A stretch of DNA of 64,000 nt from assembly GCA_963827775.1 (NCBI GenBank), contig CAWHCI010000006.1, forward strand, positions 335,052 to 399,051, read 5' to 3'. The notes beneath the pieces were generated by a model. It saw only the letters and a list, made by a program, of their open reading frames with translations, was not told the origin of the DNA and made no database searches. The DNA comes from an uncultured Acidimicrobiaceae bacterium (GTDB lineage Bacteria; Actinomycetota; Acidimicrobiia; Acidimicrobiales; Ilumatobacteraceae). The position numbers and the translations under genes were made by a program. Each line of letters starts with the position of its first letter. Within the stretch, counting starts at the first letter, position 1. This document shows, one piece after another, positions 41,247-51,438 of the stretch.

Positions 41247-42413
41247 TCAGGCGCCGTGCTCCGGCTCCACGACCGGCGCATCGGCGTCAACCGAATCGAC
41301 GACCGCCGGCTCTGACGACTCCGACTCGAGTTCGTCGTCGCTGAAGAAGCCGGAGCCCTGCAATTCACGAAACAGGTTGATGCCGATCGACGTCAGTGGT
41401 GCACCCAGGATCAGTCCGACCATGCCGGCGACCACACCGCCACCGACCGTGGCGAGCAGCACGACGATCGGATGCATCTTCAGCGAAGCGCCGAGGAACT
41501 TCGGTTCGAGCACGTTCTCCAGCACGAGGTTCATGAAGACCACGACGGCGAGCGCTCCGAGCGCGAGCCCGATGCCACCCTCGGAGATCGCCATCAGCAC
41601 CGCGAACGCTCCACCGATGAACGCGCCGAGGAACGGGATGTAGGCCCCGATGAAGTTCACGACACCCACCGAGCCCGAGAGCGGGACGCCCATGATGCCG
41701 AGCGCGATCCACGCGAAGATGCCCTGTGCGAACGCGAGCGCCGTCTTGCCCTTGAAGTAGGCCCGGATGCTCGCCGCGGCCTGCCCCACGACTCGGTTGA
41801 CCTGTTCGCGATCGGTCGGACGGCGCGACGCGATGAACGATGCACTCAGTGCTGCGCCGTCCTTGAGCAGGTAGTAGAGCAGCACGACACCCAGGACGAA
41901 CCCCGATGCGAACCCGGCAGCCGAGCCCAGGAACGTGCCGATGCGGGCGCCGGCCCCGTCGCGCACGACCGAACCCGAGTCGTCGATCCCCTCGCGGATC
42001 GTCTCGACGTAGTCGCCGAGCTGCGATTGCGAGAGGTAGTCCTCGACCTCGACCTGCGCCTCGGTGAGGCGATCGGAGATCTCGTCGGTCTGCTCGGCGA
42101 TGCCGTACACGACGATCGCGAACGCGCCGCTGATCACGAGGCCGACCACGACGATCATGATGGCCGAACCGATCGCTCTCGGGATCCGGCGGCCGGCCAG
42201 CCAACCGACGGCGGGTTCGAGCACGACGGCGAAGAACGCCGCGAGCACCAACGGAATCACGAGTTCGCGCAGCGCCCCGAGTGCGTACACGATCACGGCG
42301 ATCGCCGCCGCGACCCCGATGAAGCCCCAGCTGTACCGGGAGAGGCGCGAAAACCAGACGGGAAGTTGCCGGTGATCGTTCGGCTGCTGATCGCTCGCTG
42401 TGTCGGTGCTCAA
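41247..42413 (-). CDS. AI-2E family transporter
   Basis: LYYLLKDG, YIPFLGA, ENVLEP...HPIVVLLA...GLILGAP. Confidence 0.92.
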   Translation of the reverse strand: MSTDTASDQQPNDHRQLPVWFSRLSRYSWGFIGVAAAIAVIVYALGALRELVIPLVLAAFFAVVLEPAVGWLAGRRIPRAIGSAIMIVVVGLVISGAFAIVVYGIAEQTDEISDRLTEAQVEVEDYLSQSQLGDYVETIREGIDDSGSVVRDGAGARIGTFLGSAAGFASGFVLGVVLLYYLLKDGAALSASFIASRRPTDREQVNRVVGQAAASIRAYFKGKTALAFAQGIFAWIALGIMGVPLSGSVGVVNFIGAYIPFLGAFIGGAFAVLMAISEGGIGLALGALAVVVFMNLVLENVLEPKFLGASLKMHPIVVLLATVGGGVVAGMVGLILGAPLTSIGINLFRELQGSGFFSDDELESESSEPAVVDSVDADAPVVEPEHGA

Positions 42414-42573
42414 GCCCGTCCCCCCGTGTGTCTGCGACGACCGTACCGGCGCGAGGGCCCGAGTTCTCGGTTCTGCATCACGACCACCCGGTGCGCGTCC
42501 GGCCGACGCGGGCCGAGGGGTGGCGCCGACACTACGGTCGGTCCGGCAACCGACGAGCTGAGGGGAGCGAACC

Positions 42574-44295
42574 GTGGATCAGGAAGTCGAACCGACCGAT
42601 GACGCACCGCGAGGGCTCGCCAGGTTCCTGCCGATCCTGAGCTGGAGTCGCACCTACGAGCGGTCGTGGTTGCGTGGCGACCTCATCGCCGGATTGGCCG
42701 TCGCCGCGCTCGTCGTCCCGAAGTCGCTCGGCTACGCCGGGATCGCCGGGGTGCCCATCCAGCACGGGCTGTACGCCGCCGCGGCCGGCACGATCCTGTA
42801 CGCACTGTTCGGCACGGCACGGCAGATCTCGACGGGACCGAGTTCTGCGCTCGCCGCGGTCGCCGGCAGCGCCGTGGTCCTGTCCTCGGTCTCGGGTGAC
42901 GACGCTGTCCGGCTCGTGTCGGCGATCACGATCATCACCGGTCTCCTGTTCCTCTTGCTGGCAGTCTTCAAGATGGGGTGGATCTCCCTGCTCCTGTCGA
43001 AGGCGGTGATCACGGGATTCCTGTTCGGCGCGGCCATCGAGGTCGTGGTCGGCGAGTTGCCCAAGATCACGGGAACATCGATCGATGGCGCGAACGCGTG
43101 GCGGAAGTTCGGCAACTGGATCGCCGGTCTGGACGAACTGCACACCCCCACGCTGTGGCTCGGACTGATATCGCTCGCGGTGATCGTCGGCATCCGGTTC
43201 TCACCGGTGAAGGTGCCCGGCGCGCTCGTGCTCGTGATCGGCGGCCTCGCCGCATCGGTCCTGTTCGACTTCGAAGATCGTGGCATCGCGCTCGTGGGCG
43301 ATGTACCCCGGGGCTTCGCTGCGCCGAGCCTGCCCAGCGTCGACTTCGTCGTGAGCAACTTCGCCACGATCGGCCCGGCAGCGCTGGGGCTGCTCCTGAT
43401 CGGGTTCTCCCAGACCGCCGGTGACGCCCGGGCCTTCGCCTCGAAGCACCGATACCGGATCGACATCAACCAGGAATCGGTCGCGCAGGGGATGGCCAAC
43501 ATCGGGTCGGGCGTCCTGCAGGGAATCCCGGTCTCGACCAGCCTCTCGGCGAGCTCGCTGAACGACGAATCCGGCGCCAAGACACCTCTCGCCTCCTTGA
43601 CGACCGGCGTGTTGATCGTCGCGACCCTCCTCGTCCTGGCGCCACTGTTCTCGGAGCTGCCGAAGGCGGTGCTGGCGGCACTGATCGTCGACGCCGTCGT
43701 CTTCGGCATGATGGACGTGCCCGAGATGAAGCGCCTCCATCGGGTCGCGCGGGTCGACTTCTGGGTCGCCGTGGCCGCGATCCTCGGCGTGCTCACCGCC
43801 GGGGTCCTGGCCGGCGTGATCATTGGCGTGGTGCTCTCGTTGGTCTGGCTCGTCTACATCAACGCCAACCCGGCGATGCCGGTGCTGGGTCGGCTGCCCG
43901 ACAGCCAGGCCTTCCGGAGCCTCGAGCGCTATCCCGATGCCGAGACGTACCCGGGGCTGTTGGTCATGCGCTTCGACGCAGGTTTGTTCTTCGCGAGCGC
44001 CGACGCACTCGAGGACCGCCTCCGCGAGCTGGCCCAGGACGCCGACACCGCCTTCGAGCTGGTCATCATCTCGTTCGAGGGCATCGACTTCATCGACTCC
44101 CAGGGGTCGGAGAAACTCGCCGAGATCCTCGGGCTGGCCGACACGTACGGCGCCGAGGTGCGCCTCGCTCGCGTCAAGCCCCACGTACTCGAGGTGCTTC
44201 GCCTCGACGGTGTCGTCGACCGGCTGGGCGAGGAGAACCTCTACGGCAACCTCTACGAGGCGGCCAGGGATCACATCGAGTCACGATCCGGCTGA
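42574..44295 (+). CDS. SulP-family anion transporter with STAS domain
   Basis: GDLIAG...PKSLGYAGIAG, NQESVAQG, SLSASS, RFDAGLFFA, FIDSQG. Confidence 0.93.
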   Translation: MDQEVEPTDDAPRGLARFLPILSWSRTYERSWLRGDLIAGLAVAALVVPKSLGYAGIAGVPIQHGLYAAAAGTILYALFGTARQISTGPSSALAAVAGSAVVLSSVSGDDAVRLVSAITIITGLLFLLLAVFKMGWISLLLSKAVITGFLFGAAIEVVVGELPKITGTSIDGANAWRKFGNWIAGLDELHTPTLWLGLISLAVIVGIRFSPVKVPGALVLVIGGLAASVLFDFEDRGIALVGDVPRGFAAPSLPSVDFVVSNFATIGPAALGLLLIGFSQTAGDARAFASKHRYRIDINQESVAQGMANIGSGVLQGIPVSTSLSASSLNDESGAKTPLASLTTGVLIVATLLVLAPLFSELPKAVLAALIVDAVVFGMMDVPEMKRLHRVARVDFWVAVAAILGVLTAGVLAGVIIGVVLSLVWLVYINANPAMPVLGRLPDSQAFRSLERYPDAETYPGLLVMRFDAGLFFASADALEDRLRELAQDADTAFELVIISFEGIDFIDSQGSEKLAEILGLADTYGAEVRLARVKPHVLEVLRLDGVVDRLGEENLYGNLYEAARDHIESRSG

Positions 44296-44416
44296 CCGCT
44301 CCCAGCTCGACACCGGACCCGCCCGGATGACACCATCACGAGCAACCCACTGATCGGACCGTGACGCGTCGCCGGCCCACTGGGTGATACCGCCCGAACC
44401 GACGAGGAGCGCAAAC

Positions 44417-45916
44417 ATGCCAAACGGCAAGCCGAACATCCTGATCCTGTGGGGTGACGACATCGGCATCACCAATCTCAGCTGCTACTCGCAGGGCCTC
44501 ATGGGATACCGGACCCCGAACATCGACCGCATCGCCGACGAGGGTGCGCTGTTCACCGACTACTACGGCGAGCAGTCGTGCACCGCGGGCCGGGCCGCGT
44601 TCATCACGGGTCAGAGCGTGTACCGCACCGGCATGTCGAAGGTGGGCCTGCCCGGCGCGCCGATCGGGCTCAGCACCGACGACCCCACGATCGCTGTGGC
44701 GCTCAAGGATCAGGGCTACCGAACCGGACAGTTCGGCAAGAACCACTTCGGAGACCTCGACGAGTTCCTCCCCACCAACCACGGGTTCGACGAGTTCTTC
44801 GGCAACCTCTACCACCTCAACGCCGAGGAAGAGCCCGAGAACGTCGACTATCCGACGGCCGAGGAGGCCCCGAACTTCGAGCGGTTCCGGCCACGCGGTG
44901 TACTGCACTGCTGGGCGAACGAGGACGGCACGCAGACCATCGAGGACACGGGTCCGCTGACGAAGAAGCGCATGGAGACGATCGACGAGGAGATCACGCC
45001 GGAAGCTCAGCGCTTCATCCGTGAGGCCCACGAAGCCGACGAGCCCTTCTTCCTCTGGTACAACACCACCGCGATGCACTTCCGCACGCACATCAAGGAC
45101 GAGATCCGTGGGCAGGCCGGCCGCTGGCAGTCGGAGTACCACGATGCGATGGTCGAACACGACAAGCGGATCGGCGAGATGCTCGGCACACTCGACGAGC
45201 TCGGTATCGGCGACGACACGATCGTGATGTACTCGACCGACAACGGGCCGCACATGAACTCGTGGCCCGATGCCGCGATGACCCCGTTCCGCAACGAGAA
45301 GAACTCGATGTGGGAGGGCGCCTACCGGGTGCCCTGTCTGGTCCGCTGGCCAGGCCGAATCGAGCCGGGAACCGTGCTCAACGACCCCGTCGCCCACCTC
45401 GACTGGTTCGCAACGCTGCTGTCGGCGGCCGGAGACGACACCGTGTCCGATCGCCTGAAGGAGGGGACCGAGCTCCACGGCAAGCACTACAAGGTGCACC
45501 TCGACAGCGAGAACCAGCTCGACTACTTGACCGGCGAGTCGGACAAGAGCGCCCGCATCTACTACTTCTACTTCTCCGACACCGGCGACCTCTGCGCGGT
45601 CCGGTGGCACAACTGGAAGTTCGTCTTCCTCGAGCAGCGGGCGACCGGGACGCTCCAGGTGTGGCGCGAGCCGTACACCGTGTTGCGGATCCCCCTCATC
45701 TTCAACCTGAAGACCGACCCGTACGAGCGGGCCCAGATCACGTCGAACACCTACGAGGACTGGTTCATCGATCGCGCCTACATGATGGGTCCGGTCCAGG
45801 CGTTCGTCGCCGACAAGGCACAGTCGCTCGCCGAGTTCCCGCGTCGTCAGGAACCCGCGAGCTTCACCGTCGACCAGGTTCTGGCCAACCTGGCGGAGGG
45901 TGTCGGGAGTTCATGA
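44417..45916 (+). CDS. Arylsulfatase (Cys-type, formylglycine-dependent)
   Basis: KPNILILWGDDIG, SCTAGRAAFITG, GKNHFG, TDNG, EGAYRVP. Confidence 0.95.
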   Translation: MPNGKPNILILWGDDIGITNLSCYSQGLMGYRTPNIDRIADEGALFTDYYGEQSCTAGRAAFITGQSVYRTGMSKVGLPGAPIGLSTDDPTIAVALKDQGYRTGQFGKNHFGDLDEFLPTNHGFDEFFGNLYHLNAEEEPENVDYPTAEEAPNFERFRPRGVLHCWANEDGTQTIEDTGPLTKKRMETIDEEITPEAQRFIREAHEADEPFFLWYNTTAMHFRTHIKDEIRGQAGRWQSEYHDAMVEHDKRIGEMLGTLDELGIGDDTIVMYSTDNGPHMNSWPDAAMTPFRNEKNSMWEGAYRVPCLVRWPGRIEPGTVLNDPVAHLDWFATLLSAAGDDTVSDRLKEGTELHGKHYKVHLDSENQLDYLTGESDKSARIYYFYFSDTGDLCAVRWHNWKFVFLEQRATGTLQVWREPYTVLRIPLIFNLKTDPYERAQITSNTYEDWFIDRAYMMGPVQAFVADKAQSLAEFPRRQEPASFTVDQVLANLAEGVGSS

Positions 45917-46830
45917 GCGACCGACTCCTCCCGTCGTGGCGCGACGGGGCGACGCGATCGGCGATCGTGTCGTTCCTCGATCGTGTCGACGAGATCCCTC
46001 CTTCCGAACGTGTCGCCGTGTTCGACAACGACGGCACGATGTGGTGTGAGAAGCCGCAGTACACGCAGCTCGAGTTCATGCTCGCCGAACTCGCCTCCGC
46101 GGTCGACGCCGATGACTCGCTCGGCGAGAAACCGGAATTCCGTGCGCTTCTCGACCGCGATCAGGACGCGCTGGCCGAGATGGGACTGGAACGGGTCATC
46201 TTCGCACTGGTCGACCTGCACACCGGTCTGACACCGGAAGAGTTCGACGCACGCGTCACCGACTTCTTCGAGAACGCACGCCACCCCGACCGAGGCGTCG
46301 CCTACCGCGCGCAGCGCTACCAACCGATGCTCGAACTGATGGACGAGCTCCGCGCACGTGGGTTCGACTTCTACATCGTCACGGGTGGCGGCAGCGAGTT
46401 CGTCCGGGTGATCGCCGAGGAGTTCTACGGCGTCAAGCCGGAGGGAGTCGTCGGATCGCAGGTGGCCTACGAGATCGACCGCCTCGACGACGGGTCGCTC
46501 CGCCTGGTCAGGACCGGCGACGTCGTGACCGGCGGCGTCAACGAAGGCGCCACCAAACCCACGAACATCCAGCGGATCCTCGGTCGGCGACCGGTGGTCG
46601 CAGGCGGCAACTCCGCCGGCGACGCCGAGATGCTGCAGTACGCGCAGTCGTACGACGGCCCGTCGCTCGCTCTGCTCGTCGACCACGACGATGCGGAGCG
46701 CGAGTACGCCTACGAGAGCAAGGCGGGCACGTTCGAGACCGACGAGAGCATCCTCGAGACGGCGGATCGTCTCGGGTGGGTCGTGGCCAGCATCAAGAAC
46801 GACTGGTCGACCGTCTTCGTCGACGCATAG
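45913..46830 (+). CDS. HAD-family hydrolase
   Basis: FDNDGTMWCE, VTGG, K, GNSAGD; ATGA overlap with the sulfatase. Confidence 0.9.
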   Translation: MSDRLLPSWRDGATRSAIVSFLDRVDEIPPSERVAVFDNDGTMWCEKPQYTQLEFMLAELASAVDADDSLGEKPEFRALLDRDQDALAEMGLERVIFALVDLHTGLTPEEFDARVTDFFENARHPDRGVAYRAQRYQPMLELMDELRARGFDFYIVTGGGSEFVRVIAEEFYGVKPEGVVGSQVAYEIDRLDDGSLRLVRTGDVVTGGVNEGATKPTNIQRILGRRPVVAGGNSAGDAEMLQYAQSYDGPSLALLVDHDDAEREYAYESKAGTFETDESILETADRLGWVVASIKNDWSTVFVDA

Positions 46831-46920
46831 CCCGAGCCGGTCGTTCCGCACCTGATCGGCGGGCTTCGGTCAGGCCGTCCGGTACGATCCGGCGCGAACC
46901 GACCTGGAGGACAACCGACG

Positions 46921-47490
46921 ATGAGCAGCACACCACGAACCACCGACGACCGGGCGGCCGCGTTCGACCTCGCCCTGGCGAGCACGTGGCCGGTGGCGAT
47001 GTTCATCGGCGTCATGACCACGGTGATCGGCGTGATGGTCGTGGCCTGGCCCGACGGCACGCTCAAGGTGCTGTCGATCCTGTTCGGCATCCAGCTGCTC
47101 CTGTTCGGGCTGTTCCGTTTGATCAGTGCGTTCTCGTCCGACGCGGCAGCGCCCGGGCTCGTCGGCTTCATCGGCGTGATCGGCATGATGGCCGGCGTCG
47201 TCGTGATCCGGAATCCGTTCGAGACGGTGGCGGTACTCGCCACCGTGCTCGGCCTGGTCTGGGTCGTGGGTGGTTCGATCGAGCTGATCTCGTCGATCGC
47301 CGACAGCACGATGCGCGACCGCGGTCTGGTCGCGTTCGGCGCCGCGATCACGATCGTGGCCGGCATCGTCGTGCTGGCCTGGCCGGGGCCGACCATCACG
47401 GTGATCGCCTGGATCGCGGGCGTCTATCTCATCGCCTTCGGCCTGATGATCTGCTACACCGCGCTCCGCCTCCGTCGACTCGAGCCGTGA
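46921..47490 (+). CDS. HdeD/DUF308 membrane protein
   Basis: Six short TM with WP and GxxLI repeats. Confidence 0.85.
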   Translation: MSSTPRTTDDRAAAFDLALASTWPVAMFIGVMTTVIGVMVVAWPDGTLKVLSILFGIQLLLFGLFRLISAFSSDAAAPGLVGFIGVIGMMAGVVVIRNPFETVAVLATVLGLVWVVGGSIELISSIADSTMRDRGLVAFGAAITIVAGIVVLAWPGPTITVIAWIAGVYLIAFGLMICYTALRLRRLEP

Positions 47491-47496
47491 GCCGGC

Positions 47497-48363
47497 GTGG
47501 CTGACGCCGCACTCCGACTCGACGTCCGAGAGCGAGCCGCCGCCGCGTTCGACGTTCTGCGCGACGCAGCCTCCGAGTTCTTCCGCGATCGTGCCAAGCG
47601 GCTCGGGGCCGGCCTTGCGTACTACACGCTGTTCGCCCTCATCCCGTCGCTGTTCTTCTCCGTGGCGATCGCCGCCGCGTTCGTCGGCCGGGAGGCCGCG
47701 GCCGGCGGCCTCCAGGAGCAGCTCTCGAACGTGCTCGGACCCGATGCCTCGCGGCAGATCGAGTCGGCGATCGCCACGATGTGGGAGAGCAGCGACCGGT
47801 CCAACTTCGCCTTCATCAGCCTCGGTGTCATCCTCTACTCGGCCTCCGTGCTCTTCGTCGCCTGGCGCGACTCGGTCGAGTTGATCTGGGAGGTGCCGTA
47901 CGAGTCGGGCCTCCAGCGCACACTGCGCACCCGAGCGTTTGCCATCCTGGTCCCGATCGCCGCAGGTCTGCTCCTCGCCGCCACGATGATCATGCAGGGC
48001 CTCTTGACGTTCGTCGAGGGGATCCTCGACAGTCAGTTGATCGACGCCGCACTCCGCACGGCGGGCGCCGTCGGCCAGGTCGCACTCAGCATGGCGGCGC
48101 TCGGTGCGCTCTACCGGTACTCGGCGCGGGCCCGGCGGCCCGTGTGGCGCGACATCCTGCCGGCGAGCATCTTCGTGGTCGTCATCCTCGGCATCGGCTT
48201 CTGGGGATACGGCATCTACCTTCGCTTCTTCGGTGTGTCGAGCGTCACCGGCGCGGCCGGCAGCGTGGTGCTGGGCCTCGTGGTCGTGTACTACTCCGCC
48301 CAGACCCTGCTCTTCGGCGCCGAGATGATCAAGGTCCTCGATCGACGGCGGGCCGGCCCGTGA
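47497..48363 (+). CDS. YihY/BrkB family membrane protein
   Basis: GAGLAYYTLFALIP, GAAGSVV...YYSAQTLLFGAE. Confidence 0.9.
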   Translation: MADAALRLDVRERAAAAFDVLRDAASEFFRDRAKRLGAGLAYYTLFALIPSLFFSVAIAAAFVGREAAAGGLQEQLSNVLGPDASRQIESAIATMWESSDRSNFAFISLGVILYSASVLFVAWRDSVELIWEVPYESGLQRTLRTRAFAILVPIAAGLLLAATMIMQGLLTFVEGILDSQLIDAALRTAGAVGQVALSMAALGALYRYSARARRPVWRDILPASIFVVVILGIGFWGYGIYLRFFGVSSVTGAAGSVVLGLVVVYYSAQTLLFGAEMIKVLDRRRAGP

Positions 48364-48394
48364 TCCGCAGGCTCCGGGATCGAGCGGCACCAAC

Positions 48395-49633
48395 ATGAGC
48401 ACCGAGCCGACCGACGACCGCGTCGCCCAGTTCTACGACCGCCACCCCTACCCGCCGCCGCTGACCGATCTCGATCGATTCGCCGCGGACGCACGGGACA
48501 TGGCTCGGCGGCGAGTCGACCATCACCGGATCTGGCCCGACCGGCCCTTCGGAGCCGACACGACGATCCTCGTCGCAGGCTGCGGCACGTCGCAGGCCGC
48601 GAAGTACGCGATTCGCCACCCCGAGGCACGCGTCGTCGGCATCGACGTCAGCCCGATCGGCATCGAGCACACCCGCGCGCTGGCGGCGCGACACGAACTC
48701 GACAACCTCGACGTCCACCTCCTGCCGATCGACGACGTCGGGACGCTGGCCGAGACGTTCGATCAGGTCGTGTGCACCGGAGTCCTGCATCACCTCGCCG
48801 ATCCTGATGCCGGGTTGCGCGCCCTGGCCGAGGTGACCCGTCCCGACGGCGCCCTGAGCCTGATGGTCTACGCCCCGTACGGTCGGGCCGGCATCTACAT
48901 GATCCAGGAGTACTGCCGGCGGCTCGATGTCGGCACGTCGGCACCCGAGATCGCCGACCTCGTCGCCACGTTGCGGGAACTCCCGGTCGGCCACCCCGTG
49001 AGCCACCGGCTCCGCAACACACCCGACTTCCAGGACGACGATGCACTCGCGGACGCCCTGCTCCACCCGCGTGATCGCGCGTACTCCGTACCCGAGTTGT
49101 TCGAGTTCCTCGACGGGGCCGGGCTCGAATTCGGCCGCTGGATCCGCCAGGCTCCCTACCTGCCGGGCTGTGGATCGCTGTCGACGGTGCCACACGGCGA
49201 ACGGATCGCCGCACTCCCGCTCCACGAGCAGTACGCCGCCGTCGAGTTGTTCCGTGGAACGATGGTTCGCCACTCGCTCGTCGCTCATCGCCGCGATCGA
49301 CCGCCCGTCGCGGCCGTCGGCTTCGACGGTGACGGTTGGCGAGATGGCGTCGCCCTGAAGCCGCACACCGCCGTCGCGGTTCGGGAGCGGCTGCCGGAGG
49401 GCGCGGCTGCCGCTCTGCTCAACCGGGCACACGAGTTCACCGACCTGGTGCTGTTCGCCGACGAACAGCAGCTGGCGATGTTCGAGGCGATCGACGGCCA
49501 CCGGCCGCTCGGTGAGATCGCCGACGCCGACCCACGGTTCTTCGAGCGACTCTGGGAACACGACCTCATCGTGATCGATGCCTCGGGTGGACACGGTGCA
49601 GCGACGCCGCCGACCGAAGGGACGAACCCATGA
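48395..49633 (+). CDS. Class I SAM-dependent methyltransferase
   Basis: FYDRHPYP, ILVAGCGT, GIDVS, CTGVLHHLADP, LLHPRDRAY. Confidence 0.88.
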   Translation: MSTEPTDDRVAQFYDRHPYPPPLTDLDRFAADARDMARRRVDHHRIWPDRPFGADTTILVAGCGTSQAAKYAIRHPEARVVGIDVSPIGIEHTRALAARHELDNLDVHLLPIDDVGTLAETFDQVVCTGVLHHLADPDAGLRALAEVTRPDGALSLMVYAPYGRAGIYMIQEYCRRLDVGTSAPEIADLVATLRELPVGHPVSHRLRNTPDFQDDDALADALLHPRDRAYSVPELFEFLDGAGLEFGRWIRQAPYLPGCGSLSTVPHGERIAALPLHEQYAAVELFRGTMVRHSLVAHRRDRPPVAAVGFDGDGWRDGVALKPHTAVAVRERLPEGAAAALLNRAHEFTDLVLFADEQQLAMFEAIDGHRPLGEIADADPRFFERLWEHDLIVIDASGGHGAATPPTEGTNP

Positions 49634-50559
49634 ACGACACGGACCTCGTGACGATCCCCGGCGGGACGTTCCGGATGGGATGCGAAGGTCGCTACCCCGA
49701 GGAAGCGCCGGTGCACACGGTGACCGTCGACGGCTTCGAGATGAGCGCGACCGCGGTCACCAACCGGCAGTTCCGCGCGTTCGTCGAGGCGACCGGCTAC
49801 GTCACCGTCGCCGAGCGACCGCTCGATCCGGCCGACTACCCCGGCGCCCCGAAGGAGAACCTGGTGCCCGGGTCGCTGGTGTTCACGATGACGCCCGGTC
49901 CGGTCGACCTTCGCCACATCAATTCGTGGTGGACGTGGACGCCCGGCGCATCGTGGCAGCACCCCGAAGGCCCGGGCAGCGACGTCGAAGGTCGGCTCGA
50001 ACACCCGGTGGTCCAGGTCGCGTTCGAGGATGCGGAGACATACGCCGGCTGGGCCGGCCAGGACCTCCCCACCGAGGCCGAATGGGAATTCGCCGCTCGT
50101 GGCGGGCACGAGGGCCGCATGTTCATCTGGGGCGATGACGCCGTGCCCGACGGACGGTTCCTCGCCAATTTCTGGCAGGGCGATTTCCCGTGGCGCAACT
50201 CGCAGGCCGACGGCTTCGCCGGCACGGCGCCCGTCGGGTCGTTCCCGGCGAACGACTACGGGTTGTTCGACATGGCCGGCAACGTGTGGGAGTGGACCAC
50301 CGGTTGGTACGTCGATCACCACCCTGCCGACGCCGACGCGCCCTGCTGCGTCCCGACGAATCCACGTGGGCCCGACATGGAGGCGAGCTACGACCCCGCT
50401 CAGCCGCAGTTCGCGATCCCCCGGAGGGTCGTCAAGGGCGGCTCGTTCCTGTGCGCCGACAACTACTGCCAGCGGTACCGCCCGGCTGCTCGCCGCCCCC
50501 AGATGGTCGACACGGGCATGAGCCACCAGGGCTTCCGCACGATCGTCCGGCGGGCCTGA
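49630..50559 (+). CDS. Formylglycine-generating enzyme (FGE/SUMF1)
   Basis: FRMG, HPVVQV, LPTEAEWE, DMAGNVWEW, KGGSFLCADNYCQRYRPAAR. Confidence 0.95.
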   Translation: MNDTDLVTIPGGTFRMGCEGRYPEEAPVHTVTVDGFEMSATAVTNRQFRAFVEATGYVTVAERPLDPADYPGAPKENLVPGSLVFTMTPGPVDLRHINSWWTWTPGASWQHPEGPGSDVEGRLEHPVVQVAFEDAETYAGWAGQDLPTEAEWEFAARGGHEGRMFIWGDDAVPDGRFLANFWQGDFPWRNSQADGFAGTAPVGSFPANDYGLFDMAGNVWEWTTGWYVDHHPADADAPCCVPTNPRGPDMEASYDPAQPQFAIPRRVVKGGSFLCADNYCQRYRPAARRPQMVDTGMSHQGFRTIVRRA

Positions 50560-50563
50560 CCGC

Positions 50564-50987
50564 TCAACGGTTCCGCGAGAGCACGGCCAACAGCCGCAAC
50601 ATCAACAGGTACAGCCAGATCAAGGTCACCATCAGCCCGTAGGCGCTGTACCACTCCATGAACTCGGGTGCTCCCGCTTCGACGCCGGCGTTGATCGAAC
50701 CGAAGTCGAGCGTGAGGCTGAGCGCCGCCAGGACGATCGAGATGACCGTCACGACGAGGCCGATCGTGCGAACGCTGTCGCTGTACAGCCAGCCCCAGTC
50801 GAACAGCGACACGATGAACACGAAGAAGTAGAGCAGACACAGCCCGCCGATCGCCGCGGTCACACCGAACGCGAGTTTCTGCGTCGGCTTGATGATGCCG
50901 AGTGCGTACACCAGCCAGGAGACGACGAAGACGCAGACCGTGCTCAGGATCGCAGCACTCACGATGCCCTCGGTCTGGGCCTCGAAC
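50564..50987 (-). pseudogene. Bax inhibitor-1/YccA-family C-terminal remnant
   Basis: GIVSAAILST...LTLDF...EWYSAYGLMVTLIWLYL...LRLL; N-terminal half absent, in-frame stop just upstream. Confidence 0.7.
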
Positions 50988-51024
50988 GGAGCCCGGCCTC
51001 ACCGGACCTCCAACGTAGGAAGCG

Positions 51025-51297
51025 TCAGTTCGGCGGTCCGGGTTCGGGTCGGCTCGGATCCGGCTCGAGGAAGATGCACTCACCCGGGCAGGCCTCGGCG
51101 GCGTCGACCACGACGGCGCCGAGGCGGGCCGGAACCGACACGATGCTCGCCCGACCGCCCGGGTCGTGCACGACGGTCCCGGTGACCACGTCGCGCACGT
51201 AGGAGATGCCGTCCTCGAGCAGCACGAAGATGTCAGGGCAGTGATCGGTGCACAGACCATCGCCCGTGCACAGGTCCTGGTCGACCCACACGCGCAT
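51025..51297 (-). CDS. Ferredoxin (CxxDxxC...CP, 3Fe-4S/4Fe-4S type)
   Basis: MRVWVDQDLCTGDGLCTDHCP...CPGECI; GGAGG RBS. Confidence 0.92.
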   Translation of the reverse strand: MRVWVDQDLCTGDGLCTDHCPDIFVLLEDGISYVRDVVTGTVVHDPGGRASIVSVPARLGAVVVDAAEACPGECIFLEPDPSRPEPGPPN

Positions 51298-51332
51298 GCC
51301 TCCATCACACGCCTCTCGACACGCCGAGTCAA

Positions 51333-51365
51333 GGGTGGCGGGTGGGGATCGAACCCACGACCCCA
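51333..51365 (-). mobile_element. tRNA 3'-end fragment (His-like), probable att site
   Basis: GGTC-GTGGG-TTCGATC-CCCAC-CCGCCACCC is a T-arm plus acceptor 3' strand; no matching 5' half upstream. Confidence 0.7.
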
Positions 51366-51438
51366 CACGCATCGACCCGCCGAGCGACGATTGAGCCTCA
51401 CTCTCGACGATCCCCTACCCTCCGACGAAGGCCGAATC

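Noticed and set aside
41243-41643. C-terminal extension of the DUF2510 protein overlapping the AI-2E gene by 400 bp
   Set aside because: The extension is antisense-like sequence; an out-of-frame TGA at 41240-41242 suggests a one-base error.
51333-51410. Complete second tRNA gene or tRNA-Sec
   Set aside because: Only the T-arm and 3' acceptor strand are present; no cloverleaf can be folded.
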